Virus record (IMG/VR): IMGVR_UViG_3300029910_000007
Reading direction: 5' to 3' (one strand)
DNA: 64,000 nucleotides
Source of the DNA: a virus
The position numbers were made by a program, and so were the translations under genes. The notes beneath the pieces were generated by a model. That model was not told where the DNA came from. It searched no databases and worked only from the letters and a program-made list of their open reading frames with translations. Shown piece by piece: positions 41,440 through 50,748 of the stretch (position 1 is its first letter; the number at the start of each line of letters is the position of its first letter).

Positions 41440-41850
41440 ATGTCAACTTACAAACAGCGTTTTCAAAATCTTGTCCGTGTTCTTGATCTTCATATCGAAG
41501 CTTCGAGACGTGGAGAACTTGCGACCATTAATGGATTTATCAAGAGTGTCAAGTTTGATCTAGGAATATGGGTTAATAGTGGTAATTGTGGAACCGCTGC
41601 ATGTGCTGTTGGTTCCTGTATGATTGATCCTTGGTTCAAGAAAGAAGGGTTTGTGCCGAATAATTATCTTACACGCGGTACTTATCCAACATTTTGTGGT
41701 ATTGGTGGATGGCCTGCGGTACAGAACTTTTTCGATTTAACTTATGATGAAGCAAAGAATTTATTTATTGAACAAAGTTATCGTCAACCAACCGCCTATA
41801 ACGTCAAGCGTCGTGTAGTTTCCTACATGAAGAAGAAGGGATATCTGTAA
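41440..41850 (+). CDS. hypothetical protein
   Basis: 136-aa ORF behind GAGGTAAATTT. Confidence 0.55.
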   Translation: MSTYKQRFQNLVRVLDLHIEASRRGELATINGFIKSVKFDLGIWVNSGNCGTAACAVGSCMIDPWFKKEGFVPNNYLTRGTYPTFCGIGGWPAVQNFFDLTYDEAKNLFIEQSYRQPTAYNVKRRVVSYMKKKGYL

Positions 41851-42089
41851 TGAAAACTATTATTCTTGTCCTGTTTCTCTGGTTGTCCGCATGTGATGTA
41901 AATAAAAATGATTCCACATATCTAGACCATAGAGTCTTGATAGATTCTCATGGATGTGCTTTTGTATTCAATAAGATTGGTATTAGTGACACGCCATTTT
42001 TCTACAAGGAAAAATCCTCTTCATCTTGTGTGTTTATCCCAGATAATGCTGATGCGCGCTGGATCAGTGAAAACGTTATCAAGGAATAA
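41850..42089 (+). CDS. lipoprotein
   Basis: Signal peptide with lipobox LSAC (MKTIILVLFLWLSAC). Confidence 0.65.
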   Translation: MKTIILVLFLWLSACDVNKNDSTYLDHRVLIDSHGCAFVFNKIGISDTPFFYKEKSSSSCVFIPDNADARWISENVIKE

Positions 42090-42090
42090 T

Positions 42091-43434
42091 ATGAGCGTCT
42101 ATCAAATTCTCAATGAAGTAAGGAACGAGCCTTCCAAGAACGGAAAGATCGCAATCCTCGAAAAGCACAAAGATAACAAGTGTCTGATGAGAGCGTTTAA
42201 GTACGCCTATGACTCTCAGAAGAGCTATTATGTCACTTCTGCTCAAATTGAGACAATACCAGATTTCTTTGATGGTGTCGCAGACTTGGGCATCACAGGT
42301 TTTAGTCTTCTCGATGATCTAAATGAGAGACTTTATACAGGTCATGCAGCTGTTGATAAGATTACACAGACTGCAAAAGCACTCAATCGAGAAGATCGTC
42401 TTGTATTCCTTGACATCCTAGACCGAGACCTGAAGTGTGGTGCAACCGATACCACAGCCAATAAAGTTTGGCCCGGTTTGATTTTTGAATATGAAGTCAT
42501 GCTCTGTAAGGATTCAGACGAGAAGAACAAGAAGAAAATCAAATTTCCGGCTTATGTTCAGTCCAAAGCAGACGGTGGACGAGTAAATTTCTGGATCAGA
42601 AGGAAAATGGGTGGATTTGATATCCAAGCTTTTTCTAGAAATGGAAAACCAGCTGACTGTCTGAATGTCGAACTCAGGGAAGAATTGGCTCATCTGTGTC
42701 AAAATCTTTGTGAAAATTCTTCAGATGATATTGCCTTTGTGGTTGATGGTGAGCTTCTAACAAGGGGTGAAGACGGCTATACCATTGATGATCGCCAAAC
42801 TGGTAATGGTATCTTTACCAAGGCCATTCGTGGAACTATCATTGACCAAGAACGCAACAAATTCATTGCTAAAATCTGGGATGTCACGACTGTTGAAGAG
42901 TTTGAAGCGGGTTATAGTGCGACGCCATACAAGGATCGTCTTGCTAAACTTCAACAGGCAATCAAGAACGTCTCATGGGAAGCTTATCCTCGTCTCCACC
43001 TGTTAGATACAATCATGGTCAAGGATTGGAATGATGTCAAGGCGCTCTATGACAAGGCTATCGAGAATGGTGAAGAGGGTGTCATCGTCAAGAACATTGA
43101 TGCGCCATGGGAAGCCAAGCGATCTGTGAACTGTATCAAGTTCAAGGAATGTCTGACCAAAGAAGTCAAGATCATTGGACGAGAGGAAGGTGAAGGAAAG
43201 AACCTTGGAAAGCTTGGCGCATTCTTGACTCGTGACAAGACTGGAACCATTATCACATCTGTCGGTGGTGGATTTTCAGATGCACAGAGGTTAGAATACA
43301 ATACTGATGACATGATCGGACGCATTATAGAAATTGAATGTAATGGTATTGTCACCAAGAAAAATTCAGAACTTCGCGCTTATTACCAGCCAGTTTTCGT
43401 AAAAATTCGTGAGGATAAAAATGAACCTGACTGA
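42091..43434 (+). CDS. ATP-dependent DNA ligase
   Basis: ATG 42091; adenylation motif SKADGGR (KxDG); EGVIVK, KFK motifs; the track start 41950 overlaps the lipoprotein gene. Confidence 0.85.
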   Translation: MSVYQILNEVRNEPSKNGKIAILEKHKDNKCLMRAFKYAYDSQKSYYVTSAQIETIPDFFDGVADLGITGFSLLDDLNERLYTGHAAVDKITQTAKALNREDRLVFLDILDRDLKCGATDTTANKVWPGLIFEYEVMLCKDSDEKNKKKIKFPAYVQSKADGGRVNFWIRRKMGGFDIQAFSRNGKPADCLNVELREELAHLCQNLCENSSDDIAFVVDGELLTRGEDGYTIDDRQTGNGIFTKAIRGTIIDQERNKFIAKIWDVTTVEEFEAGYSATPYKDRLAKLQQAIKNVSWEAYPRLHLLDTIMVKDWNDVKALYDKAIENGEEGVIVKNIDAPWEAKRSVNCIKFKECLTKEVKIIGREEGEGKNLGKLGAFLTRDKTGTIITSVGGGFSDAQRLEYNTDDMIGRIIEIECNGIVTKKNSELRAYYQPVFVKIREDKNEPD

Positions 43435-43771
43435 TGGTGAGAGATTGGATTGGTTAGAACAATTCAAAGACGGTTTTCATAACATAGACCACATTTCTTC
43501 TGTTGAAGGTAAAGGATTTAATGACTTTGGAACTCTTCGAGAAGCGATTGATGATATGATGAATGGAGAAATTAAAACTAATGAAGATCGTATTTTGAAA
43601 TTGGCCGAAGTGAAGGATATAACTGGTCTATCAAAATCAAGCATTTACAAATTTGAAGCTATTGGTCAATTTCCTAGTAAATATCAGCTTAGCCCAAAGT
43701 CAGTTGGTTGGAAATATAGTGAAGTGTTAGCATGGATCAGTAACCTACAGAAAGTAGAACATAATGCGTGA
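43421..43771 (+). CDS. AlpA-like helix-turn-helix DNA-binding protein
   Basis: ILKLAEVKDITGLSKSSIYKFEAIGQFPSKYQLSPKSVGWKYSEVLAWI. Confidence 0.6.
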   Translation: MNLTDGERLDWLEQFKDGFHNIDHISSVEGKGFNDFGTLREAIDDMMNGEIKTNEDRILKLAEVKDITGLSKSSIYKFEAIGQFPSKYQLSPKSVGWKYSEVLAWISNLQKVEHNA

Positions 43772-44012
43772 GAAAATCACAGTCCTGAAGCTGAACGAAG
43801 AGCGATCATTGGTCGAATTCCTAGACTTCCTTGAACTCATTAATACAAACGCTCCTGTAGCCTCTGGAAAGGCCACTGTAAAGCTCTCCACAATTGAGAG
43901 CATACATGGTGAGCCTGTGCTCATCGTCTCCTATGACAGGCCAAAGACGGTCTCTGAGAATGTCTTTGGTTTCTTTGGTAGAATTACAAATAAAATGAAG
44001 GAATTTGGATAA
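43764..44012 (+). CDS. hypothetical protein
   Basis: 82-aa ORF. Confidence 0.5.
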   Translation: MREKITVLKLNEERSLVEFLDFLELINTNAPVASGKATVKLSTIESIHGEPVLIVSYDRPKTVSENVFGFFGRITNKMKEFG

Positions 44013-44015
44013 ATT

Positions 44016-44567
44016 ATGAAGCCTCTAGTGTTTTGTGACATGGATGAAGTTTTAGTAGACCTTGAAGGCGGAATGGCTAAATTCTTCCCCGGAACGATCT
44101 TCAAATCTGGCGATCCGAACAGAATTGCACCAAGTGTTTTCTTTCAACTACTCAAGCCATTCGCACTGGCAAGAAAGTTTGCGACTCTCGATCCAGCACC
44201 CGGATTCAAGATGTTGGAACACATCTACAGAATTTACAAGGATAGAGTAGACTTTGCTGTCTGTACTTCTCGTGGTGACTACATCAAAGATTCAATGATC
44301 ATTCTTGAAGACAAAGCAAAGTGGTTACTGGAAAACTCACCTGATGCATTTGCTAAGGTGGACATGCTCTGCACCACAACAGGCTTGAGCAAAGCAAGAC
44401 TTGCCAACTCTCATATCCTTCTGATTGATGACATGAAGAAGAATTGTGATGCCTTCAAGGCTGCAGGCGGACAGGCACTCGTCTATAAAGCTGGAGAAAC
44501 AACCCATACAGAAGTTTGTGATGAGATTGACAAACTTCTAAATAATGAGGTCCAGACAAAATCCTAG
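44016..44567 (+). CDS. HAD-family 5'(3')-deoxyribonucleotidase-like protein
   Basis: FCDMDEVLVD (DxDxV motif I). Confidence 0.6.
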   Translation: MKPLVFCDMDEVLVDLEGGMAKFFPGTIFKSGDPNRIAPSVFFQLLKPFALARKFATLDPAPGFKMLEHIYRIYKDRVDFAVCTSRGDYIKDSMIILEDKAKWLLENSPDAFAKVDMLCTTTGLSKARLANSHILLIDDMKKNCDAFKAAGGQALVYKAGETTHTEVCDEIDKLLNNEVQTKS

Positions 44568-44576
44568 AGAATGTGA

Positions 44577-45305
44577 ATGAATATTCAGATTGATAGTTCT
44601 ACCCTTCTACCAGTCCCAATGAAAAGACAGTTGTTTTTGGATCAGGATGTCACTTCCGATAGTCTGGGTTTGATCATTGAACAGGTGATAGATATCAATG
44701 AAAATGATGAATATTTGACCAAACTCTATGCCATTCACGGACTAGACTACAAACCAAAGCCATTCAAACTTTACATCAACTCATTCGGTGGTGATCTATA
44801 TTCATGTCTTGGATTTTTGTCTTTTATGACAGCCAATCCAACGCCAATTGATACTGTCGTGACCGGATGTGCCATGAGTGCAGCATTTTTGATTGCAATC
44901 ACTGGAACACACAGAACCTGCTATCAGAATGCGTCCTATATGGCCCACCAGCTGTCTTTTGATGGCTCTGAGTCTTCTACTCTCAAGCGTGCAGCTGCAG
45001 ATGCTATAGAAGGTGTCAGACTTCAGAAGGTTATGGAATCACATGTTCTCAAACACACCAAACTTCCAAAAGCAAAACTCAAGAAAATTTATGACAACCA
45101 GATTGACCTTTACTTTGATGCAGAAGATGCCATCAAATTTTGTATGGTCGATGAAGTGATACCGGACAGAAACAATGCAGTCAAGGCTAAGATTCTTCAA
45201 AGCACAAATATTGGAAAATCAGGAGATATCGGCACGTCGCCTGTTGTATGCGACCCTGTCGGACCAGAACAGTCTGTTATACAAAATCAAGAGCATTCCA
45301 ACTGA
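44577..45305 (+). CDS. ClpP-like serine protease
   Basis: YINSFGGDLYS, GCAMSAAFLI (Ser), YMAHQLSF (His) as in the ClpP family. Confidence 0.7.
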   Translation: MNIQIDSSTLLPVPMKRQLFLDQDVTSDSLGLIIEQVIDINENDEYLTKLYAIHGLDYKPKPFKLYINSFGGDLYSCLGFLSFMTANPTPIDTVVTGCAMSAAFLIAITGTHRTCYQNASYMAHQLSFDGSESSTLKRAAADAIEGVRLQKVMESHVLKHTKLPKAKLKKIYDNQIDLYFDAEDAIKFCMVDEVIPDRNNAVKAKILQSTNIGKSGDIGTSPVVCDPVGPEQSVIQNQEHSN

Positions 45306-45501
45306 TCGAGTTGATGCTGTTCTTTCTGGACTGAAATATTTTGGAATGTTTGGTGACTATCCCATCTTTGTTGACAAGTCATTCATAGTCAAAGGTAAAA
45401 GATTCAAATACGAAAGTTTCTCCAAGAAACTTGACATCCCAGAAAAATCGCATAAATAACACTGTGATCATCTGAATCACACTTTCTTCGGCTTTACTTA
45501 C

Positions 45502-46410
45502 ATGAGCGATAGCCGAACGCTCTCAGAGGAAATTAAAATGCATAAAGATATGCTCGTGGTATCGCTTCGTCCTTCATCTTCTTCCAATCGTTTCTACAAG
45601 GAAACAAACGGAAAGGTCTATATACCTTCCGGCGAAGAGTATGAAATTTATATCAAAAATCTAAACAGTGTCGGTGCTGTAGTTACCATAGAGATTGATG
45701 GTAAGAATGCCTATGGTTCTGAGGAAAGTTTCTTTATCAGACCGAACGAAACATTCACCCTCAAGGGTGATAGGTCTAATCGCGCCTTCAAATATATCCG
45801 AAAGACTGAGAAGATTTCTCAACATCGTGGTGACAAGATCGAAGATGGTATCATTCGTGTCTCCTATCAATTCGAAGAACCACTTCCTGAGGTAGTCAAG
45901 AAAGTTGAGGAAGTTACACACATTCACAATAATCATTATGGCTATCCATACTGGCATGGTGGATATTATGGAACTTGTAATGCTGATACCAAACGTGATC
46001 CCATTCTTCGTAGCTTTGTGAATAATATTGGACAAGTTCAATCATCCAACAATACTATAACAACAGACTCTTGTTCTATTAATGATTGGTATGAATCACC
46101 TCTTATGAGTGATACGTTGGAACGTTCTGTTGAGCGTTCAAAACCATCTAAACTGATACCATCAAATAATGACGTAGCCGGAATTACAGTCCAAGGTTCA
46201 GAAGTTAACCAAAATTTTGTTACTGTAACAACGCGAAAGTTACAAGAGCAAATTCATGTTATCATTCTTCAACTATTTGTCGAGACTGTTACTGGAAATC
46301 CTGTCACACAAAAAATGACTTCTAGACAGAAGACTCAATGTAAAATTTGTGGACAGTGGAACTCTCCCGGTAACAATTTCTGTTATGAATGTGGTGCGGC
46401 TGTAGTTTGA
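45502..46410 (+). CDS. hypothetical protein with C-terminal zinc ribbon
   Basis: CKICGQWNSPGNNFCYECG; CATAAATA box at 45451-45458 upstream. Confidence 0.6.
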   Translation: MSDSRTLSEEIKMHKDMLVVSLRPSSSSNRFYKETNGKVYIPSGEEYEIYIKNLNSVGAVVTIEIDGKNAYGSEESFFIRPNETFTLKGDRSNRAFKYIRKTEKISQHRGDKIEDGIIRVSYQFEEPLPEVVKKVEEVTHIHNNHYGYPYWHGGYYGTCNADTKRDPILRSFVNNIGQVQSSNNTITTDSCSINDWYESPLMSDTLERSVERSKPSKLIPSNNDVAGITVQGSEVNQNFVTVTTRKLQEQIHVIILQLFVETVTGNPVTQKMTSRQKTQCKICGQWNSPGNNFCYECGAAVV

Positions 46411-46504
46411 CATTCTAAAGGAAGTTTGTTAATCTATTCGAGCAGCGTCAAAGCATGTTTCGACAGCATGAGCCGAGTCCAAGGCAAGCAATAGTGCAAA
46501 CCGT

Positions 46505-46575
46505 ACATGCCGTGGTCGTGTAGCGTTACTGACACGTAGAAGCATTCCGAGAGCAATGCCGGTTGGCCCACGTCA
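46505..46575 (+). other. GC-rich non-coding segment with a three-way-junction-like fold
   Basis: CGTGG/CCACG (46511-46515/46568-46572) encloses hairpins CGTGT/ACACG (46517-46536) and GCATT/AATGC (46541-46558); no ORF in 46411-46605. Confidence 0.3.
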
Positions 46576-46718
46576 AGGGCTTAACTTATATTATGAGGAT
46601 TATCTGTGAAAACTAAACCTTTCAGACTCAAGTTGAGAGAAGAGTGTCGATATTTCACATTCAATGCGATGGTGAAACGAGGATTGCTTCCATGGTATTC
46701 TAGAACACCAAGAAAATA

Positions 46719-46949
46719 ATGAAAATAAACAAAAGCACCCCATACACAACCAGAAAGACCAATAGCCCTGTAACCATTCTATCGACCGCAATCAGGTCAG
46801 AGAATAACCACAATGTTGTCGGTATCATCCATGAGCTACACAATGACATTGTGACTCAATGGACTGATAGTGGCTATTGGAAGGATAACGAGACAGAACA
46901 TGCTCTCGATTTGATTCCATTTGTTCCTCAAAGGATGCTCGTAGCATGA
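46719..46949 (+). CDS. hypothetical protein
   Basis: 76-aa ORF. Confidence 0.45.
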   Translation: MKINKSTPYTTRKTNSPVTILSTAIRSENNHNVVGIIHELHNDIVTQWTDSGYWKDNETEHALDLIPFVPQRMLVA

Positions 46950-47203
46950 AAACATACCAATGGCGTGTAGTCACAACTGATGCTAAGGATGGATATTTCA
47001 AGGCTCAATTTCGAGTATTGAGAAACTTTCCTTGGTTTTGGACGACATTGGGTTGTAGTTTTACTGGAGATGATTATCGACATTTCATCTATGAGACTGT
47101 TCCAGAAGCTGAATTGGATGTTCAGAAGCACACCAAATCATTGAAAACAAAAGAAAATAAATTTAAAACAAGAACGGTAACTTGTGGTTGCATTACTTTT
47201 TAA
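46946..47203 (+). CDS. hypothetical protein
   Basis: 85 aa, ATGA overlap. Confidence 0.5.
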   Translation: MKTYQWRVVTTDAKDGYFKAQFRVLRNFPWFWTTLGCSFTGDDYRHFIYETVPEAELDVQKHTKSLKTKENKFKTRTVTCGCITF

Positions 47204-47241
47204 CTCTGATAAAATAGTTTCACCTAATTAGGAGAAACAAC

Positions 47242-47457
47242 ATGCGCATCAGTGATTACATTGAACAACTACAAGCACTTGGTGACGAACACGGCGATCT
47301 TGAGGTTGAATTAATCAATCTTGATTTGACTCGTGTTACTGCTCGCGCACCTGTTGTTTCTTTTCGTAAGATTCTCAAAGGTCGTGAGAGCAAGCCCCGG
47401 TTTTGGAGTTCTTATGATGGTGAAGATGCTCGTGGTGAACCGGTAATCCGGGTGTGA
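47242..47457 (+). CDS. hypothetical protein
   Basis: 71 aa behind TAGGAGAAACAAC. Confidence 0.55.
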   Translation: MRISDYIEQLQALGDEHGDLEVELINLDLTRVTARAPVVSFRKILKGRESKPRFWSSYDGEDARGEPVIRV

Positions 47458-47744
47458 TTACTCTTTCTACATCGAGTATGAGGTTTAATGTATTTGAGAG
47501 ACATCTGACTATATCTATTGGTGATCTAGAAACTTATGTTAGTTCGCATAAAGGAATTTTACTCCCAATTGCTTCTTGGACTCAGGTTGTAAATCACATA
47601 GCTGATAGATCAAATGCTCAAATTTCAATAAATTCACATCATACCGGAAAGACAGTTAGATTTTGTTTTGTTGATATAATAAGCACACTAGGTTTTTTAG
47701 TTCATCTATATATGCAATATACCATCCAACCGCTACTGATGTAG
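47454..47744 (+). CDS. hypothetical protein, TG-x-x-V-R/K-F family
   Basis: GTGA overlap; ISINSHHTGKTVRFCFVD. Confidence 0.5.
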   Translation: MITLSTSSMRFNVFERHLTISIGDLETYVSSHKGILLPIASWTQVVNHIADRSNAQISINSHHTGKTVRFCFVDIISTLGFLVHLYMQYTIQPLLM

Positions 47745-47793
47745 TAAACAACCCAGAATGTGCTGATGTCAAGTTTCGTATTTTAATTTATAA

Positions 47794-48117
47794 ATGAGCA
47801 AGATAGATAAAATTTGGTCAACGGACCTATTCGGCTATGACGAATCTACGAAGACTCTTCATTCATCCTTTATGCGGTTGTTGGGAGGAAATTATGGAGA
47901 TGTTGGATGTTTATATCAACACATCCAACATGAAGATTCTAATGGTACAGAATACTACATCCTTGTCCAATCCGCAGTCACCGGAGTAATAGTCAGGTTT
48001 GACTTTTCTGAGCTTATTGGGTCCACCGATAGCAACGGACAAATAAAATATACCTATAAAGACTCTTCGATTCCAAAATTGAATGGTCTGTCGGTTGTTA
48101 TAGATGATTGTCAATAG
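47794..48117 (+). CDS. hypothetical protein, TG-x-x-V-R/K-F family
   Basis: YILVQSAVTGVIVRFDFSEL. Confidence 0.55.
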   Translation: MSKIDKIWSTDLFGYDESTKTLHSSFMRLLGGNYGDVGCLYQHIQHEDSNGTEYYILVQSAVTGVIVRFDFSELIGSTDSNGQIKYTYKDSSIPKLNGLSVVIDDCQ

Positions 48118-48126
48118 TATTGATCC

Positions 48127-48450
48127 ATGAACGTCATTCCTTCAGATAAATTTCACACTTACGACCAAAATGCAAAAATGTTTATTGGCTGGTGGTCTGT
48201 TATTCAAGAGGGTGATCCAAAACGACAGATTTTTAATAAAGATCAAGGACAAACAAACACCAGTCCATATATCGCAATCAGATCGGTTGATACTGGTGTA
48301 GTAGTAAAATTCTATCATAATCCAAAGAAATCGGTTGATGCTCATACTGATACAATGCCTGTTTGGTTGTGTGAAACAGACCCAGATGATCCATATATAC
48401 ATGCATATGGGCAGCTTACAGCATTTATATATGTGGATAATTGGAAATGA
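48127..48450 (+). CDS. hypothetical protein, TG-x-x-V-R/K-F family
   Basis: YIAIRSVDTGVVVKFYHNPK. Confidence 0.55.
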   Translation: MNVIPSDKFHTYDQNAKMFIGWWSVIQEGDPKRQIFNKDQGQTNTSPYIAIRSVDTGVVVKFYHNPKKSVDAHTDTMPVWLCETDPDDPYIHAYGQLTAFIYVDNWK

Positions 48451-48884
48451 ACATAGGATTTACAGGAACACAGATTGGAATGACCATTCCTCAGATGGTC
48501 ACATTTCAAGACTTGTTGCTTGATAAAACCAAATTAACCAATTTGGCAGAGCAGCTTTTCGAGAGTGAGACATATTGGCTACATCATGGAGATTGTTGTG
48601 GCGCAGACGCACAGGCCCACCAGATCGCTAAAAGGTGTGGTCTGATGGTCTACATCCACCCGCCTGTCATTGACACTCTAAGGGCCTTCTGTGAAGGTGA
48701 TATCATTCAAAAACCAAAAGACTATATCAAACGAAACCATGATATAGTAGATACTTGTCAAGTTCTGATTGCTACACCGAAAGGAAAAGAAGAAGTCAGA
48801 AGTGGTACATGGGCGACTGTCAGATATGCCAAAAAGAAGCTACAACCGACAATCATTATCATGCCTGATGGGAGAATTGTGTGA
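48447..48884 (+). CDS. hypothetical protein (possible SLOG/DprA-like Rossmann fold)
   Basis: ATG 48447; GFTGTQIG...HHGDCCGADAQAH...RNHDIVD...LIATP pattern. Confidence 0.4.
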   Translation: MNIGFTGTQIGMTIPQMVTFQDLLLDKTKLTNLAEQLFESETYWLHHGDCCGADAQAHQIAKRCGLMVYIHPPVIDTLRAFCEGDIIQKPKDYIKRNHDIVDTCQVLIATPKGKEEVRSGTWATVRYAKKKLQPTIIIMPDGRIV

Positions 48885-49183
48885 TTTCGCCAATTTTCAA
48901 TACACGTCAATTCATCTATGATGAAACTGATGCTACCTTTCGAGCAATAACCTCAAACCTCAGAAGTATATTTCAATACAATTATGGTATAGAACTTGAT
49001 TTAAAATTATTGAAAGAATTTTGGCTTGAATCAGAAGTTACTGGTACATGTTTTAAATTTTACCTGAAAGAGATTATTAATCTTTTAGACTTTGAAGTAA
49101 ATTATATCTATTTTCCGTCAGATTTAACACTTGTAGATCGTCTACATATTCAACTGAGAGTAATTATTACCGAAGATGTTTGA
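48881..49183 (+). CDS. hypothetical protein, TG-x-x-V-R/K-F family (divergent)
   Basis: GTG start; WLESEVTGTCFKFYLKE. Confidence 0.45.
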   Translation: MISPIFNTRQFIYDETDATFRAITSNLRSIFQYNYGIELDLKLLKEFWLESEVTGTCFKFYLKEIINLLDFEVNYIYFPSDLTLVDRLHIQLRVIITEDV

Positions 49184-49330
49184 ACATATCAAAGACATCT
49201 GGTATAGTGTAAACAAGAATGTCGAAACGTTTCTTGTTGCCTTTGGTCTCACCTATACATTATTTTGGTCTATCCAGAATTTCCACTGGATAGGATTTAT
49301 CCTCTACACACTCTTGGTTTTGATGTTTCT

Positions 49331-50143
49331 ATGCGTATAAGACTACTTTCCGATCTTCATCTAGAATTTTCCAGCTTCAAATTTTATCCGGTTGACTGTG
49401 ATCTTATCATCCTTGCTGGCGACATCAAAGAAGGTGGTGCATTCCAATGGGCAAGAGAGACATTTGGAAAAGATCAAAGCATTCTATACGTTCCGGGTAA
49501 TCACGAATTTTACAATCAAGGTGATTATTATGAATGTAATATGAGAATGCATATTCAAGCTGCACAGTACAATATCCTGTTTGATACTAGTTTCTCTCGT
49601 TGTCTCTTCAAACAAGATAATGTTCATTTCCTAGCCGGAACACTCTGGACCGACTATAGACTCTTCAGTCCGAAGTGGGAGCAATGGATTGCTATGAGCG
49701 AAGTCCAGAGAGCACTGAATGACTACAATTGCATTGAAATTAATAGAAGAAAGATTGAACCTAAAGACTTCCTGAAAGAGCACCTCGAATGCCTTGAGAA
49801 TATCAGCGCCTATTCAAAAAAACTTCAAGTTGAAGCACCAGACGATAAAATCGTGATTGTGTCTCATCATGCTCCATCTATCAGGTCCACACTTCCGCGA
49901 TATTTGAACGATATTGTGACAGCTGGATTCGCTTCCAATTTGGAAAATTTCATTCTGGACCATCCGAATATCAAGCTATGGATGCATGGCCACATGCACA
50001 ATTCAAGCTCGTATGAAATTGGACAGTGTCGTGTTGTAGCAAATCCTAAAGGATATTCTCGTCTTGTTGCTTATGATGGTGAGAAAGAAGTTCATCGATT
50101 GGAGAATATCAACTTCAATCCAAATTTGATTGTGGAAATTTAA
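49331..50143 (+). CDS. metallophosphoesterase
   Basis: ATG 49331; LLSDLHLE, LAGDI, PGNHEF, SHHAP, HGHMH motifs. Confidence 0.8.
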   Translation: MRIRLLSDLHLEFSSFKFYPVDCDLIILAGDIKEGGAFQWARETFGKDQSILYVPGNHEFYNQGDYYECNMRMHIQAAQYNILFDTSFSRCLFKQDNVHFLAGTLWTDYRLFSPKWEQWIAMSEVQRALNDYNCIEINRRKIEPKDFLKEHLECLENISAYSKKLQVEAPDDKIVIVSHHAPSIRSTLPRYLNDIVTAGFASNLENFILDHPNIKLWMHGHMHNSSSYEIGQCRVVANPKGYSRLVAYDGEKEVHRLENINFNPNLIVEI

Positions 50144-50550
50144 TGAAACCACTAGACGTTGTCATAGACTACTTAACATGTTGGAAAGATGAATTTCAGA
50201 ATTTGACCATCTCCAAGACTAAAGATATCAATGGATTCTTGGTCACTGAGGAAGGTAAGAAAGTTGACTACAAATGTCTTACTAGACATTTGAAGAGTTG
50301 GAAGCAAAAAGGTAATTTTATCAACAGTAATTGGATAGAAGACATATGTAAAGAGCTTCATACTGAACTTCATAAATTTCCAACAGACAAGAAATACATA
50401 GTGCTTTATCATAGTCTGGATGAAATTAGAATGTGCATACCTGATATGAATAGTAGGGAGAGGATTGTCGTCACCGAAGATGGTGTCCATGATGTAGCAT
50501 TTCTGAGTGGTACATATTTTACTGTCAGATATGCAGTAGTAGAAATTTAA
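50143..50550 (+). CDS. hypothetical protein
   Basis: 135-aa ORF. Confidence 0.55.
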   Translation: MKPLDVVIDYLTCWKDEFQNLTISKTKDINGFLVTEEGKKVDYKCLTRHLKSWKQKGNFINSNWIEDICKELHTELHKFPTDKKYIVLYHSLDEIRMCIPDMNSRERIVVTEDGVHDVAFLSGTYFTVRYAVVEI

Positions 50551-50748
50551 ATGAGTATAGAAAACGAGATAACAGAATTTCTCAGACAATCTCTAAAAGA
50601 CAGACTAGAGAAGTTAACCAAAGCCCAACAGCACATGTTCTGGATCATTCATATGAGTGCTCCATACAAAGCCAAAACAGTAGAAGAAATACCAGAGAAG
50701 TATCTGGTCCCTTGTATCAATGTTTGTGATAGGACAATAAATTCATGA
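50551..50748 (+). CDS. hypothetical protein
   Basis: 65-aa ORF. Confidence 0.5.
   Translation: MSIENEITEFLRQSLKDRLEKLTKAQQHMFWIIHMSAPYKAKTVEEIPEKYLVPCINVCDRTINS

Noticed and set aside
41950-42090. N-terminal 47-aa extension of the DNA ligase ORF
   Set aside because: The extension overlaps the lipoprotein gene in another frame and looks non-coding. ATG 42091 (MSVYQILNE..) follows that gene's stop directly.
50173-50589. 138-aa - strand ORF, and similar antisense ORFs (for example 8368-8814, 9942-10337, 28054-28431, 45661-46041, 50931-51356, 56340-56801)
   Set aside because: Each is fully embedded antisense in a better-supported + strand gene of a strictly co-directional block. None has a recognisable motif or initiation signal.
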